Of a stretch of DNA of 64,000 nucleotides, positions 50,018 to 59,849 are shown piece by piece. The stretch covers positions 19,413 through 83,412 of the forward strand of contig JBAYJO010000002.1 in the NCBI GenBank assembly GCA_041665085.1. The letters are read 5' to 3'. The DNA comes from Patescibacteria group bacterium (GTDB taxonomy: Bacteria; Patescibacteriota; UBA1384; JBAYJO01). A model generated the notes under the pieces. That model searched no databases, was not told the DNA's origin, and saw only the letters and a program-made list of their open reading frames with translations. Position numbers and translations under genes: made by a program. Position 1 is the first letter of the stretch; each line of letters starts with the position of its first letter.

Positions 50018-51400
50018 TTACTTTTTTACCATTAGATACAAAATTCGCTTTGAACCTTTAATTTTTTTTCTATCTATAATTTTGAAATATTGACTAAAGC
50101 TTTCTTCAAAATTTTCTTGAGTATAATCAGTAAAAATGTCTTTACGAGTTGCTAATAGTTTTTGAACTTTTGAATCGTCTTTGGGAATGAACTCTACTAC
50201 TAACGATTTACAAATTTGGTTATAAAAAGAGGCAATCTTTTCAAATGGTAGATTATTAGAAATCGCTAAATGATGAATTAAAGCAAGAGAAAAAGCCATA
50301 TCTGCCGGACCACGCTCAATAAAAGACATTCGCTCTTTATTTTGCCATCCAATTGATTTACTAGGATTTGTTAAATCTAAAATCAATGGCAGTAGAAAAG
50401 TTTCCTTTTTTTTCAATGATTCAATATAATTTTTTTCGACTGCTGCAGGATCAACATCAAAAGAAATTGTTAAGATTTTATGATCACTAGCAATCCGACT
50501 AAAAATTCCATTATTTGACCCTGAATCCCAGACAACTTTTGGCTTAATTTTATCTAAGAAATCACTAATAATCATTTTCTTTTGTTTAAAGGCCGCTGAA
50601 GAATAATTTGTAATCTGATAATATTCAGCCCACTCGCTGCCAGCTGGTTTCCACTTTAATTTTTTAATAACAGATTCTAAGTTATCAATTAAGCCAAAGG
50701 TGGATGTTCGCGAAACTTTATATTTATTTGTTTTTACGGTTTTATCGGCAAAATAATTTTGACTCATAGCATGTAAATGAATATGACTTAAAATAGAAAA
50801 AGAAAATTTACTGCGAAAGGGTAAGAGGGAACTTGCTAAATCTAAAGGAATACCATCAATAAAAATTTCTGCCAATTTATTTAATCTAATATCAACTTTA
50901 CTCATTAACAACAGAGGGGCAAGGAAATGCTGGCAAAATTGTTTATAGGCGACCCAAGGTGTTCCTTCTTCATACTTTTCGAAAGATAAGGTATCGATAA
51001 AAATCGGTTGTCCACGAAGGAATTGAATATTATACGCAGTAGCATCTTTTAAAGTCATTTTATATTCAAGCGCTTTTTTTTCAATTTTTAGAGTTAATAA
51101 AGCAGCATTTTTTAATTGGCTAAAACACCATTCATAGGGGTAAGAAATAAAAGGTACTACTTCTGGTTTGATAACTTTATAAGCATTTTCAGGAGAAAGA
51201 CCAGCAAAATTGGTTTCTTTGTGTGATATCAAATAACTATTTTTTACTAAATCATTATAAAGTCCGGAAGATAACAAAAAATCGTAATCTTCTTTGTAAA
51301 TCAGATTTATTTGACGTAAGAGTTCATTATTTTTTTTAAAAATATAGCCACTTGGATCTCTAAAAGAACTTTCAATTTTATATGTTTTAGGTTTGTCCAT
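50018..51400 (-). CDS. hypothetical protein with putative methyltransferase-like C-terminal region
   Basis: start at MDKPKTYK; weak VWDSGSNNG glycine-rich motif. Confidence 0.4.
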   Translation of the reverse strand: MDKPKTYKIESSFRDPSGYIFKKNNELLRQINLIYKEDYDFLLSSGLYNDLVKNSYLISHKETNFAGLSPENAYKVIKPEVVPFISYPYEWCFSQLKNAALLTLKIEKKALEYKMTLKDATAYNIQFLRGQPIFIDTLSFEKYEEGTPWVAYKQFCQHFLAPLLLMSKVDIRLNKLAEIFIDGIPLDLASSLLPFRSKFSFSILSHIHLHAMSQNYFADKTVKTNKYKVSRTSTFGLIDNLESVIKKLKWKPAGSEWAEYYQITNYSSAAFKQKKMIISDFLDKIKPKVVWDSGSNNGIFSRIASDHKILTISFDVDPAAVEKNYIESLKKKETFLLPLILDLTNPSKSIGWQNKERMSFIERGPADMAFSLALIHHLAISNNLPFEKIASFYNQICKSLVVEFIPKDDSKVQKLLATRKDIFTDYTQENFEESFSQYFKIIDRKKIKGSKRILYLMVKK

Positions 51401-51402
51401 AA

Positions 51403-51606
51403 TTATTGTTTGCCTAATATGTTTGTAATAAATTTTTTGATTCTTCCCCAAAATAATTTAATAACATATAAACCGCCCAATGCAAACGCAACAACGGCTT
51501 GAATAATTAAACTTCCTGTACCAGCATCAAGATATGCATAAGCAGGACGAATAAAAAGGAAAAAAGCTAATAAAAAGACGACAAAATTAAACATGAGCTT
51601 CCCCAT
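51403..51606 (-). CDS. small hypothetical membrane protein
   Basis: 67 aa, two hydrophobic segments; weak support. Confidence 0.3.
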   Translation of the reverse strand: MGKLMFNFVVFLLAFFLFIRPAYAYLDAGTGSLIIQAVVAFALGGLYVIKLFWGRIKKFITNILGKQ

Positions 51607-51679
51607 TTAACCTCCTAGTAATTTATTTTCTGATTTAATGTTAGTACTTAATATTAATTGAGTCAAATGATAATATAAT

Positions 51680-52966
51680 TTATATCTTATTTATAAATAG
51701 TTTCTTTTGTACTAATATTGTAATAATAGAATTAATTATCAAAATGAATAATATTAATGAAATTGAAATAACATGCAAATGTCCGATAATTACATAGATT
51801 GAAATTGTAAAAAAATTAATTACTGCGGTTATTAATAAATATTTTTTGTACTGGTTTTTCGAAACATCCAAAATAACAGTATTGTAAAGCGACAAAAAAA
51901 AGAATAAAGAACAATAAATCGAAAAACCAATTATATACAAGATGTTAATCGGATATTCTCGACCAAAAATTTTTAAAAGAATTAATGTTGCTATGCTAGA
52001 AAATAATATTAAAGGGACAAAGCCAAATACCATCAATCTATCTATTTTTTTTGTAAATCCTTTGTTTTTTAATCGAGCGCTAATAGGGAAAAAAACATTT
52101 GTTATCAAAGCAATAATTAAAGAGAAAAAATTAAAAGAAGCAAAATAATATGCACTGTAAATTCCTAGAGTTTTAATACCAAGATATTTTCCAATAATTA
52201 ATTTATCGGCAGACAAATACATAATCATAAGAAGTGAACTAATAAAAAAAAACTTACCTTCGTGTAATTGGCTAATAAGTATTTTGTTATTTCCCTTACC
52301 AAAGTATTTAAATAGATAAGAAAAATTATAAAACGAAGCTGCAAATGCACCTAAGCAAAAAATAAAGATTAGATTGATATAACTTGGTTTTTTTAAAAAC
52401 ACAAATAATAACAAAAAAGATAAAAGTACAACTATTGTTTCAACAATTTTTGCTAATGATTGTCTTCGAAAATTTTCCAACCCTCGATTAATTAAATCAA
52501 ATAAACTTTTAATAGAAATGGAAAAAGTATAAATGCCAAGTATAATCATAAACAAAGAATAATTATTTGGTAAATTTATCTGATACAAATAGATCAATGA
52601 AATGAAAAACATTACGACTAACAATATAATTATATTAAATATTGAGATTGTTGAAATAATCATTTTTTTACTTTTAAACGATGTTGCTTTACTAATATAT
52701 TTAACAATGGTGGTATCTAAACCGAAAAAAATAAAGATAATTAGAAACTGATTTATTATTAAAAGTAAATTATATTTTCCATATTCAGTCGGGCCCATTA
52801 AGCGTCCTGCTAAAGTATTTACAAGAAGAATTATTGGCATAATAATAATTCCCGAAACAACTGACCAAGAAAGACCATGAAGAAAATTTTTCATTTCTTT
52901 GCTCATCTCATGACCAAATATCTTTTGATGTATTTTTTCAATAACAAAAAAAAGTTTCTTTTTCAT
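51680..52966 (-). CDS. polysaccharide biosynthesis / Wzx-like flippase
   Basis: 428 aa polytopic MOP-like. Confidence 0.65.
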   Translation of the reverse strand: MKKKLFFVIEKIHQKIFGHEMSKEMKNFLHGLSWSVVSGIIIMPIILLVNTLAGRLMGPTEYGKYNLLLIINQFLIIFIFFGLDTTIVKYISKATSFKSKKMIISTISIFNIIILLVVMFFISLIYLYQINLPNNYSLFMIILGIYTFSISIKSLFDLINRGLENFRRQSLAKIVETIVVLLSFLLLFVFLKKPSYINLIFIFCLGAFAASFYNFSYLFKYFGKGNNKILISQLHEGKFFFISSLLMIMYLSADKLIIGKYLGIKTLGIYSAYYFASFNFFSLIIALITNVFFPISARLKNKGFTKKIDRLMVFGFVPLILFSSIATLILLKIFGREYPINILYIIGFSIYCSLFFFLSLYNTVILDVSKNQYKKYLLITAVINFFTISIYVIIGHLHVISISLILFILIINSIITILVQKKLFINKI

Positions 52967-52972
52967 ATTTTA

Positions 52973-54793
52973 TCATTCTTCCATTGTGCTAATATCCCCG
53001 ACAAATTGTCCTGTCTCTCTGGCTTTAAGAACACGGCGCATAATTTTGCCGCTTCTAGTTTTTGGTAGTGACTCAACAATTTCAATTTCATCTGGCACGG
53101 CAATACTATTAATCTGTTTTTTTACATGTGCCTTTAAATCTATAATAAAATTTTTATTATTTTTAGGTTTTGATTTTAAAACAATAAATGCCTTGATTCT
53201 CTCTCCTTTTATTTCATCGGGTTTTGATATGACGGCGGCTTCAGTAACATCCAAGTAACCAACAAGTGCATTTTCCACTTCAGCTGTGCCAATCCTATGG
53301 CCAGAAACATTTATTAAATCATCGCTACGACCAATAATTTTGAAATAACCATCTTTGTCTTTAATAGCATAATCCCCAGTTGTAAAAACACCTTTAATTT
53401 CATTCCAATATTTTTCGAATCGTTTTTTGTCATTCCAACAGTTTCGCATTGCGCCCGGCCAAGGTTTTTTAATTACCAAGAAACCTTTTTTCCCAACTGG
53501 AACTTCTTTACCTAATTTATTCACAATTTTTGCATCAATCGCTAAAAATGGATGGCCTGCCAATCCAGGTTTTTGTTCTAAATATGGCAAAGTTGCAAGC
53601 ATATGACCACCGGTTTCGGTTTGCCACCAAGTATCTACCAATACGCATTTTTTTTTACCAATATTTTTGTAATACCAATACCAATTTTCAGAACCAATTG
53701 GCTCACCAACTGATCCGATAATTTTTAGTGAGCAAAGATCATTTTTTTGACAAACATCTTCACCATATTTTTTTAACATTCTAATAGCAGTGGGGGAAGT
53801 ATAAAAAATATTTACTCCATATTTGGCAATGATTTTATGCCAATGGTCAATTGATGGATAATCCGGCACTCCTTCGGTAATTAACGAGGTAATCCCATTA
53901 GACAAGGGGCCATAAACAACATAACTATGGCCGGTAATCCAGCCTAAATCTGCCGTGCACCACAAAATTGATTCATTATTTAAATCAAAAACCGTTTTTG
54001 TCGTGTAATGCGTAAATACATTATAGCCCCCAACAGTATGGACGATACCTTTAGGACTTCCTGTAGATCCAGATGTGTATAAGACAAATAAAGGATCCTC
54101 GGCATCCATCCACAGAGGATCACATTTTTTGCTTTGATTTGAAACAAGTTCGTTATAATCAAGACTGTCTTTGTCAGAACTATGATTATCCCGATTTAAA
54201 ATGATAATATGTTTCAAGTCAGGCAGGTCGCGAACTGCTTCAAGAGCGATACTTTTTAAATCTTTTTTAATGCCTCTTCGTTTTGTAAAACTGCTTGCCA
54301 CAATTACTTTTGCTTTAAGATCAACTGCTCTATCTCTAACTGACTGGCTGCTAAATCCAGCAAAAACTACCGAATGAATCACGCCAATTCTAGCACAACC
54401 CAACATACAAACTACTTGTTCAATTGAAGAATGCATATAAATAAGAACTCGATCGCCATTTTTTATGTTTAAAGACTTCAAAGCATTAGAAAATTTATTA
54501 ACTTTTGTTAAAAGTTCGTTATAAGTAATTTTTTCTTCCTCATAATTCTCATTAGTATAAATTAGAGCAATTTTATTACCCTTACCTGATAAAATATGCC
54601 TGTCAAGACAATTATATGTGATATTTAATTTCGCACCTATAAACCATTGAAAATATGGATATTTCCATTCAAAAATTTTATTCCATTTTTTAAACCAGAT
54701 AATTTCTTTTTCGGCTATTTCAGTCCAAAACTTTTCTGGGTTTTTAATAGAATCAGAATATACAGATTTAAATTGAGATAAAGAAATTTGCAT
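52973..54793 (-). CDS. AMP-forming acyl-CoA synthetase / acetyl-CoA synthetase-like ligase
   Basis: AMP-binding signature YTSGSTGSPKG, 606 aa, Acs-like N-terminus. Confidence 0.85.
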   Translation of the reverse strand: MQISLSQFKSVYSDSIKNPEKFWTEIAEKEIIWFKKWNKIFEWKYPYFQWFIGAKLNITYNCLDRHILSGKGNKIALIYTNENYEEEKITYNELLTKVNKFSNALKSLNIKNGDRVLIYMHSSIEQVVCMLGCARIGVIHSVVFAGFSSQSVRDRAVDLKAKVIVASSFTKRRGIKKDLKSIALEAVRDLPDLKHIIILNRDNHSSDKDSLDYNELVSNQSKKCDPLWMDAEDPLFVLYTSGSTGSPKGIVHTVGGYNVFTHYTTKTVFDLNNESILWCTADLGWITGHSYVVYGPLSNGITSLITEGVPDYPSIDHWHKIIAKYGVNIFYTSPTAIRMLKKYGEDVCQKNDLCSLKIIGSVGEPIGSENWYWYYKNIGKKKCVLVDTWWQTETGGHMLATLPYLEQKPGLAGHPFLAIDAKIVNKLGKEVPVGKKGFLVIKKPWPGAMRNCWNDKKRFEKYWNEIKGVFTTGDYAIKDKDGYFKIIGRSDDLINVSGHRIGTAEVENALVGYLDVTEAAVISKPDEIKGERIKAFIVLKSKPKNNKNFIIDLKAHVKKQINSIAVPDEIEIVESLPKTRSGKIMRRVLKARETGQFVGDISTMEE

Positions 54794-54855
54794 TTTACTA
54801 TTTTCATTATTGTTATTTAAATAACAGAGATGATTATAAAATTTAAATCGAATTA

Positions 54856-56016
54856 TTAATTTTTTTGAATAATTTTATTAAAAATATCAATAACATAATT
54901 AACTTCTTCATCAGACATTTTTGGATAAAGAGGAATACTTAATGCTTGTTCGTAGTAAGCTTCGGAAACAGGATACTCACCATATTTATATCCATATTTT
55001 TGTTGATAATATGGTTGCGTGTGAACCGGTATATAGAGTACTTGCGTACCAATATTTTTAGCTCTGAGCTCTTCCATAACCTGTGTTCTGGTTTTGCCGA
55101 TCTTTTTGAAATCAAGCTGCATCACATATAGGTGAAAAGTTGAGTCTAACCCTTTTTTTTCATATGGAATGGTAACATTATCAAGATCTGAAAAAGCTTT
55201 ATTGTATTTTATTACAATCTCTCTTCTCCGATTTCTAAATATTTCGATTTTTTTTAACTGACTAATGCCTAAAGCTGCTTGTATGTCGCACATGCGATAA
55301 TTATAACCAAGATCTTGCATTTCATAATACCACGGTCCAGTATTTTGACTTAAAAGTTTTGGGTCTTTGGTAATTCCATGTGATCGTAATAACAATAGTT
55401 TTTTGTATAGTATTTCATCGTTTGTAGTAATAGCACCACCTTCTCCAGTCGTAATTGTTTTTACAGGATGAAAAGAAAAAGTAGTTAAGTCGGAATATTT
55501 ACAACTCCCTACCTTACTACCATCCTTATAAACCGAGCCAATGGCATGGGCCGCGTCTTCAACAACAAATAAATTATTTTTTTTAGCAATTTTATTAATT
55601 TTTTCCATTTCAGCTGGCTGTCCTGCAAAATCAACCGCAATGATTACTTTCGTTTTCTCTGTGATATTTTTTTTGATTTCATCTGGATTAATATTATATG
55701 TTTTACTATCGATATCAGCAAAAACTGGCTTCAATCCGTTGTAAACCAAGCCATTAGATGAAGCCACAAAAGTGATTGGAGTGGAAATCCCTTCGCTTCC
55801 TTTTGAAAGACCAAGAGAAGCAACTGCTAAATGCAAAGCTGCTGTACCATTAGAAACTGCAATACAATATTTGGCACCAGTGTAATCACAAATTGCTTTT
55901 TCAAATTCCTCAACTTTAGGACCTTGAGTCAGGAAATCGCTCTTTAAAACGTCTTCAACAGCTTTGATGTCATCATGGTCAATCCACTGTTTTCCATAAG
56001 AAATAAATTCGTTCAT
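54856..56016 (-). CDS. pseC: DegT-family aminotransferase, PseC-like (UDP-4-amino-4,6-dideoxy-hexose transaminase)
   Basis: DegT fold, SFHPVKTITTGEGG PLP-Lys region; adjacent to PseB-like dehydratase. Confidence 0.75.
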   Translation of the reverse strand: MNEFISYGKQWIDHDDIKAVEDVLKSDFLTQGPKVEEFEKAICDYTGAKYCIAVSNGTAALHLAVASLGLSKGSEGISTPITFVASSNGLVYNGLKPVFADIDSKTYNINPDEIKKNITEKTKVIIAVDFAGQPAEMEKINKIAKKNNLFVVEDAAHAIGSVYKDGSKVGSCKYSDLTTFSFHPVKTITTGEGGAITTNDEILYKKLLLLRSHGITKDPKLLSQNTGPWYYEMQDLGYNYRMCDIQAALGISQLKKIEIFRNRRREIVIKYNKAFSDLDNVTIPYEKKGLDSTFHLYVMQLDFKKIGKTRTQVMEELRAKNIGTQVLYIPVHTQPYYQQKYGYKYGEYPVSEAYYEQALSIPLYPKMSDEEVNYVIDIFNKIIQKN

Positions 56017-57039
56017 TTAAAATACAATTTCAATTTCTTTTAATACTTGCTTCAGATCTTCAGTTAGTAGCCAATCTTTATTTTTATCTGAACAATAATT
56101 AAAACCTGATCGTATTTTTTTACCCCCAGCTTTATAGAATTGAGAAGGATCCCACCAAGTAAGATTTGGATAAATAATATAATGATCATTGTAGTCAAAT
56201 GTGTTTCGAGCGTCTTCTGATGTAATCATCACCTCGTGGAGTTTTTCACCTTCGCGAATACCAATTTCTTGATGTTCTGTGTTTGGCATCATTGCTTGTG
56301 CTAAATCAATAATTTTAAAAGAAGGAATCTTGGAAACATATACAGCACCAGCAGTATCTTCATCTAAAGCCTTAAACACTAAATCAACACCTTGATCCAA
56401 GGTAATCCAAAAACGCGTCATTTTAAAGCTTGTAACCGGTAATTTATTGACGCCTTTTTCAATTAAACTCTGAAAAAAAGGAATTACAGAGCCACGACTT
56501 CCAGCAACGTTACCATATCTAACCACACTAAAAGAAGTATCCTTACCCCCCACGTAAGCGTTTGCAGCAATAAATAATTTATCTGACACTAATTTTGTAG
56601 CACCATATAAATTTATTGGACCAACTGCCTTATCGGTTGATAAAGCAACTACTTTTTTAACACTACAATCTATGGCTGCATCTATTACATTTTGAGCTCC
56701 ATGAATATTTGTCTTTATCGCCTCTAGCGGATTATATTCTGCAGCAGGGACATGCTTTAAAGCGGCCGCGTGAATAACATAGTCTACTCCATCAAAAGCC
56801 CTGTGTAATCTCTCGCTATCCCTGACATCACCAATAAAAAAACGCAATTTTTCCAAATGATCTTGGAACTGTTTCTGCATCATGTATTGCTTATATTCAT
56901 CTCGAGAATAAATAATAATTTTTTTTGGATTAAATTCACTCAAAATTCTTTGTGTAAATTTTTTACCAAAAGAACCAGTTCCACCTGTGATTAAAATAGT
57001 TTTATTATTGAGCATATATGAAAAAATAATGCTTAGCAA
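56017..57039 (-). CDS. pseB: UDP-N-acetylglucosamine 4,6-dehydratase (inverting), PseB/FlaA1-like
   Basis: ILITGGTGSFGK Rossmann motif, YGATK catalytic region, 340 aa. Confidence 0.8.
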   Translation of the reverse strand: MLSIIFSYMLNNKTILITGGTGSFGKKFTQRILSEFNPKKIIIYSRDEYKQYMMQKQFQDHLEKLRFFIGDVRDSERLHRAFDGVDYVIHAAALKHVPAAEYNPLEAIKTNIHGAQNVIDAAIDCSVKKVVALSTDKAVGPINLYGATKLVSDKLFIAANAYVGGKDTSFSVVRYGNVAGSRGSVIPFFQSLIEKGVNKLPVTSFKMTRFWITLDQGVDLVFKALDEDTAGAVYVSKIPSFKIIDLAQAMMPNTEHQEIGIREGEKLHEVMITSEDARNTFDYNDHYIIYPNLTWWDPSQFYKAGGKKIRSGFNYCSDKNKDWLLTEDLKQVLKEIEIVF

Positions 57040-57085
57040 TTAAAAATTTACCATATTGATAATGTTATGACAAGTGCCTGTAGTT

Positions 57086-58228
57086 TTATCTATTATTTAT
57101 GAAATAACTAATCAGCTTCTGAGCAGAATTCTGCCAAGTGAATTTTTTTGATTGATTAAGACCATCAACTGACATTTTTTTTAATTTTTTATCATCGGAT
57201 AGTATATTTGAAATTTTTTGAGTTAATTCATTTTTATCTAATGGATTAAACATTATTCCTGCCTGTCCAATAACTTCTGGTAGCGACGACACATTACTAG
57301 TTAAAACCGGGCAACCACAGGCCATTGCTTCAAGCGGCGGCATACCAAACCCTTCATATAGAGAAGGGTAAGCAAAAACTGTAGCATTTGAATATAAATA
57401 CGGTAAATCGTTATCTGGCACATAACCAGTTCTGATTATTTGTTTCCTATCTGTCATTTCTTCAATTTTTTGCATTAATTTGCTGTTATTCCAACCGGAC
57501 CCGCCAGCCAACACAATCTTATATTTTCTTTTTAAATCATCGGGCAATATATTATATGAATCGAGCAGCAACTCTAAATTTTTTCTTGGCTCTAGTGTAC
57601 ACACAGATAAGATATATGGCGAATCGATTTTGTATTTTTCAACAATTTTACTATCACTTCTCGGCGAAAAAAAATCCATGTCAACTCCGGGGTAAATAAT
57701 ATCAATATCATTTTTTTTAAGTGAAAAACTATCCAATAAATCATTTCTAGTTGATTCGGAAATAGCAAAAATAATATCACTATTACCAATGGCTTGCTTG
57801 GTTCTTTTATAATAATAATCGCTTAATTTTTGACCGGCATGCTCGGGATATTTTGCAAAAACCATGTCATATAAAACAACTGCTTGCTTTGAAAAACCAT
57901 TTTTAGCTATCCCGCTAAAATAAGTTGAAAAATATAAATCAATTTTTTTAGGATATATCAAATTTAAAGGAATTGCGGTTTGAGTTAAATAATCCCGCCA
58001 AGCTGAAGGAATTCTTGAAATATATATTTCTGTTTTTTTATTTCTACTTTGTGAAATTAGATCTTCAAGGATTTTTTTTCTTTGCTCGTAATTTTTTACA
58101 AAATTTGCAAACAAAATATACTCATTTTCTTTATCTTGACGCAATAATTCACGAATCAAATAATAAGAATATCTTCCAATTCCTGCCTGTTCGTAAATCA
58201 ACCAATTTGCGTCAATTCCGATTTTCAT
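57086..58228 (-). CDS. glycosyltransferase family 4
   Basis: [21 protein letters not shown]. Confidence 0.8.
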   Translation of the reverse strand: MKIGIDANWLIYEQAGIGRYSYYLIRELLRQDKENEYILFANFVKNYEQRKKILEDLISQSRNKKTEIYISRIPSAWRDYLTQTAIPLNLIYPKKIDLYFSTYFSGIAKNGFSKQAVVLYDMVFAKYPEHAGQKLSDYYYKRTKQAIGNSDIIFAISESTRNDLLDSFSLKKNDIDIIYPGVDMDFFSPRSDSKIVEKYKIDSPYILSVCTLEPRKNLELLLDSYNILPDDLKRKYKIVLAGGSGWNNSKLMQKIEEMTDRKQIIRTGYVPDNDLPYLYSNATVFAYPSLYEGFGMPPLEAMACGCPVLTSNVSSLPEVIGQAGIMFNPLDKNELTQKISNILSDDKKLKKMSVDGLNQSKKFTWQNSAQKLISYFINNR

Positions 58229-58231
58229 ATT

Positions 58232-59833
58232 TTATTTATTTTCAACAATTTGCACAACAATAGATCCATCCGAGAATTGTTTTAACACTTTTTGGCCTTT
58301 GGCTATATCACGCATCGATTGGTTATATTCATCGAAATATTTATATATCGGATAAACAATACCGTCAGTATTTCCTGGTGGCTTAGCGCTTATAAGCATA
58401 GTCTTACCAAGATAACTTTTTTTCAAAGATTGAATCATTGAATCATATTCTTTTTGGTTAGAACTATTATCATGTAAGTTTTTCTTGAGATCATCTATTG
58501 TTTTTAGATTATTATTATTTAGGCTAAAATCTGTAAATCTTTGCTTTGACTTCAGTTCCATATATGGATTGGCGTAAGGATTAATAAAAACTGGGTCTTT
58601 TGAATTTATATTTTTTACAATAAAATCAATTTTGTCTTGATCCATTTCGTTAAACCAAACCAGATTAGAAAATGAATTTGGCAAAGAATCTAAGAGCGTT
58701 GGATTGAACAATGAAGAATTAATAATAATGATATAAGCTATAAACCCATAGCTTAAAGTTGTGGAAATATTATTTAAATCAAAATTTTTATATATGTATT
58801 CAATCAAATAAGCAAAACATAAAAGCAAAGGGATACTTAACTCTCTGGCAAATCTTTCAGGGATAGCACTTGAGGACATACGCGACAAAATATATATTAG
58901 AAGTACCCAAATCAAAGGCAAAATCTTTTTAATATCTCTTTCTTCTTCACTAAAAAATGCTATTACCAAATACAGAAAACCGAGCAGCCCACCATACCAA
59001 ATAATTGGCCCCATTATTTTTGAATAATTATAATATTCAACCGCTTGATTGAGATACAAATCTTTCAAAGCTGGATTATTATCAAATAAACCATTGGTAA
59101 AGTTAAGAAACATTTTACCATATAATTTATAAGTAAAAAATATTATTGTTCCAATACAAATAAATACTATAAAACCACCTATGAAATGTTTAATTTTAAG
59201 CGTTTTTCTTTGATCAGAAAAGAAAAAAAGAACCAAAACGACGACTATAAATATTAGTAATATTGCAGTCAGCTCAATAAAACTTAAATGATGCGTCAAC
59301 CCTGTTAATAGATAAAAAAACACTGAATAAATTAGATTAATCCATTTTTTTGACTGCAAATATTTTATTATAAAAGAAATGCATAAAACACCAAAAAAAC
59401 CATAACCTAGCATATTGGGATAATTACCGTCAACAAAGCCATAAAGAGGGTAATTTGAAGTAAATAGAAATAATAATGACGCTATTGCAGCGGTGCGAAT
59501 ATTGAATAATTGCTTTAGTAAATAGAAAATTGCTAAAGATGGTAAAACTATTAAAATTGGTGTCCAGTAAGTTAATATATAGAAATAATCCAAATGAAAA
59601 ATATGAGATAAATAATAAACTATCAAATGAAATAATTTTGGATAACCTATGAAACTTTTCCAGCCCAATCGTGCAAAATCCTGAACCATTCGATAGTGAG
59701 GGATAGAATCGTAGCCAGGAGGAACCAGATAGTGATAATTAATATACCCAAAATAAACAATGTAGAGTTTTAAGGCTACCGCCCCAAGTAGAAATATGAC
59801 GGCGGACAAAATTAGGAAGGTCTTTTTTTTCAT
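58232..59833 (-). CDS. large polytopic membrane protein, hypothetical (glycan locus)
   Basis: 533 aa, many TM helices. Confidence 0.45.
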   Translation of the reverse strand: MKKKTFLILSAVIFLLGAVALKLYIVYFGYINYHYLVPPGYDSIPHYRMVQDFARLGWKSFIGYPKLFHLIVYYLSHIFHLDYFYILTYWTPILIVLPSLAIFYLLKQLFNIRTAAIASLLFLFTSNYPLYGFVDGNYPNMLGYGFFGVLCISFIIKYLQSKKWINLIYSVFFYLLTGLTHHLSFIELTAILLIFIVVVLVLFFFSDQRKTLKIKHFIGGFIVFICIGTIIFFTYKLYGKMFLNFTNGLFDNNPALKDLYLNQAVEYYNYSKIMGPIIWYGGLLGFLYLVIAFFSEEERDIKKILPLIWVLLIYILSRMSSSAIPERFARELSIPLLLCFAYLIEYIYKNFDLNNISTTLSYGFIAYIIIINSSLFNPTLLDSLPNSFSNLVWFNEMDQDKIDFIVKNINSKDPVFINPYANPYMELKSKQRFTDFSLNNNNLKTIDDLKKNLHDNSSNQKEYDSMIQSLKKSYLGKTMLISAKPPGNTDGIVYPIYKYFDEYNQSMRDIAKGQKVLKQFSDGSIVVQIVENK

Positions 59834-59849
59834 ATAAAATATACCTAGA

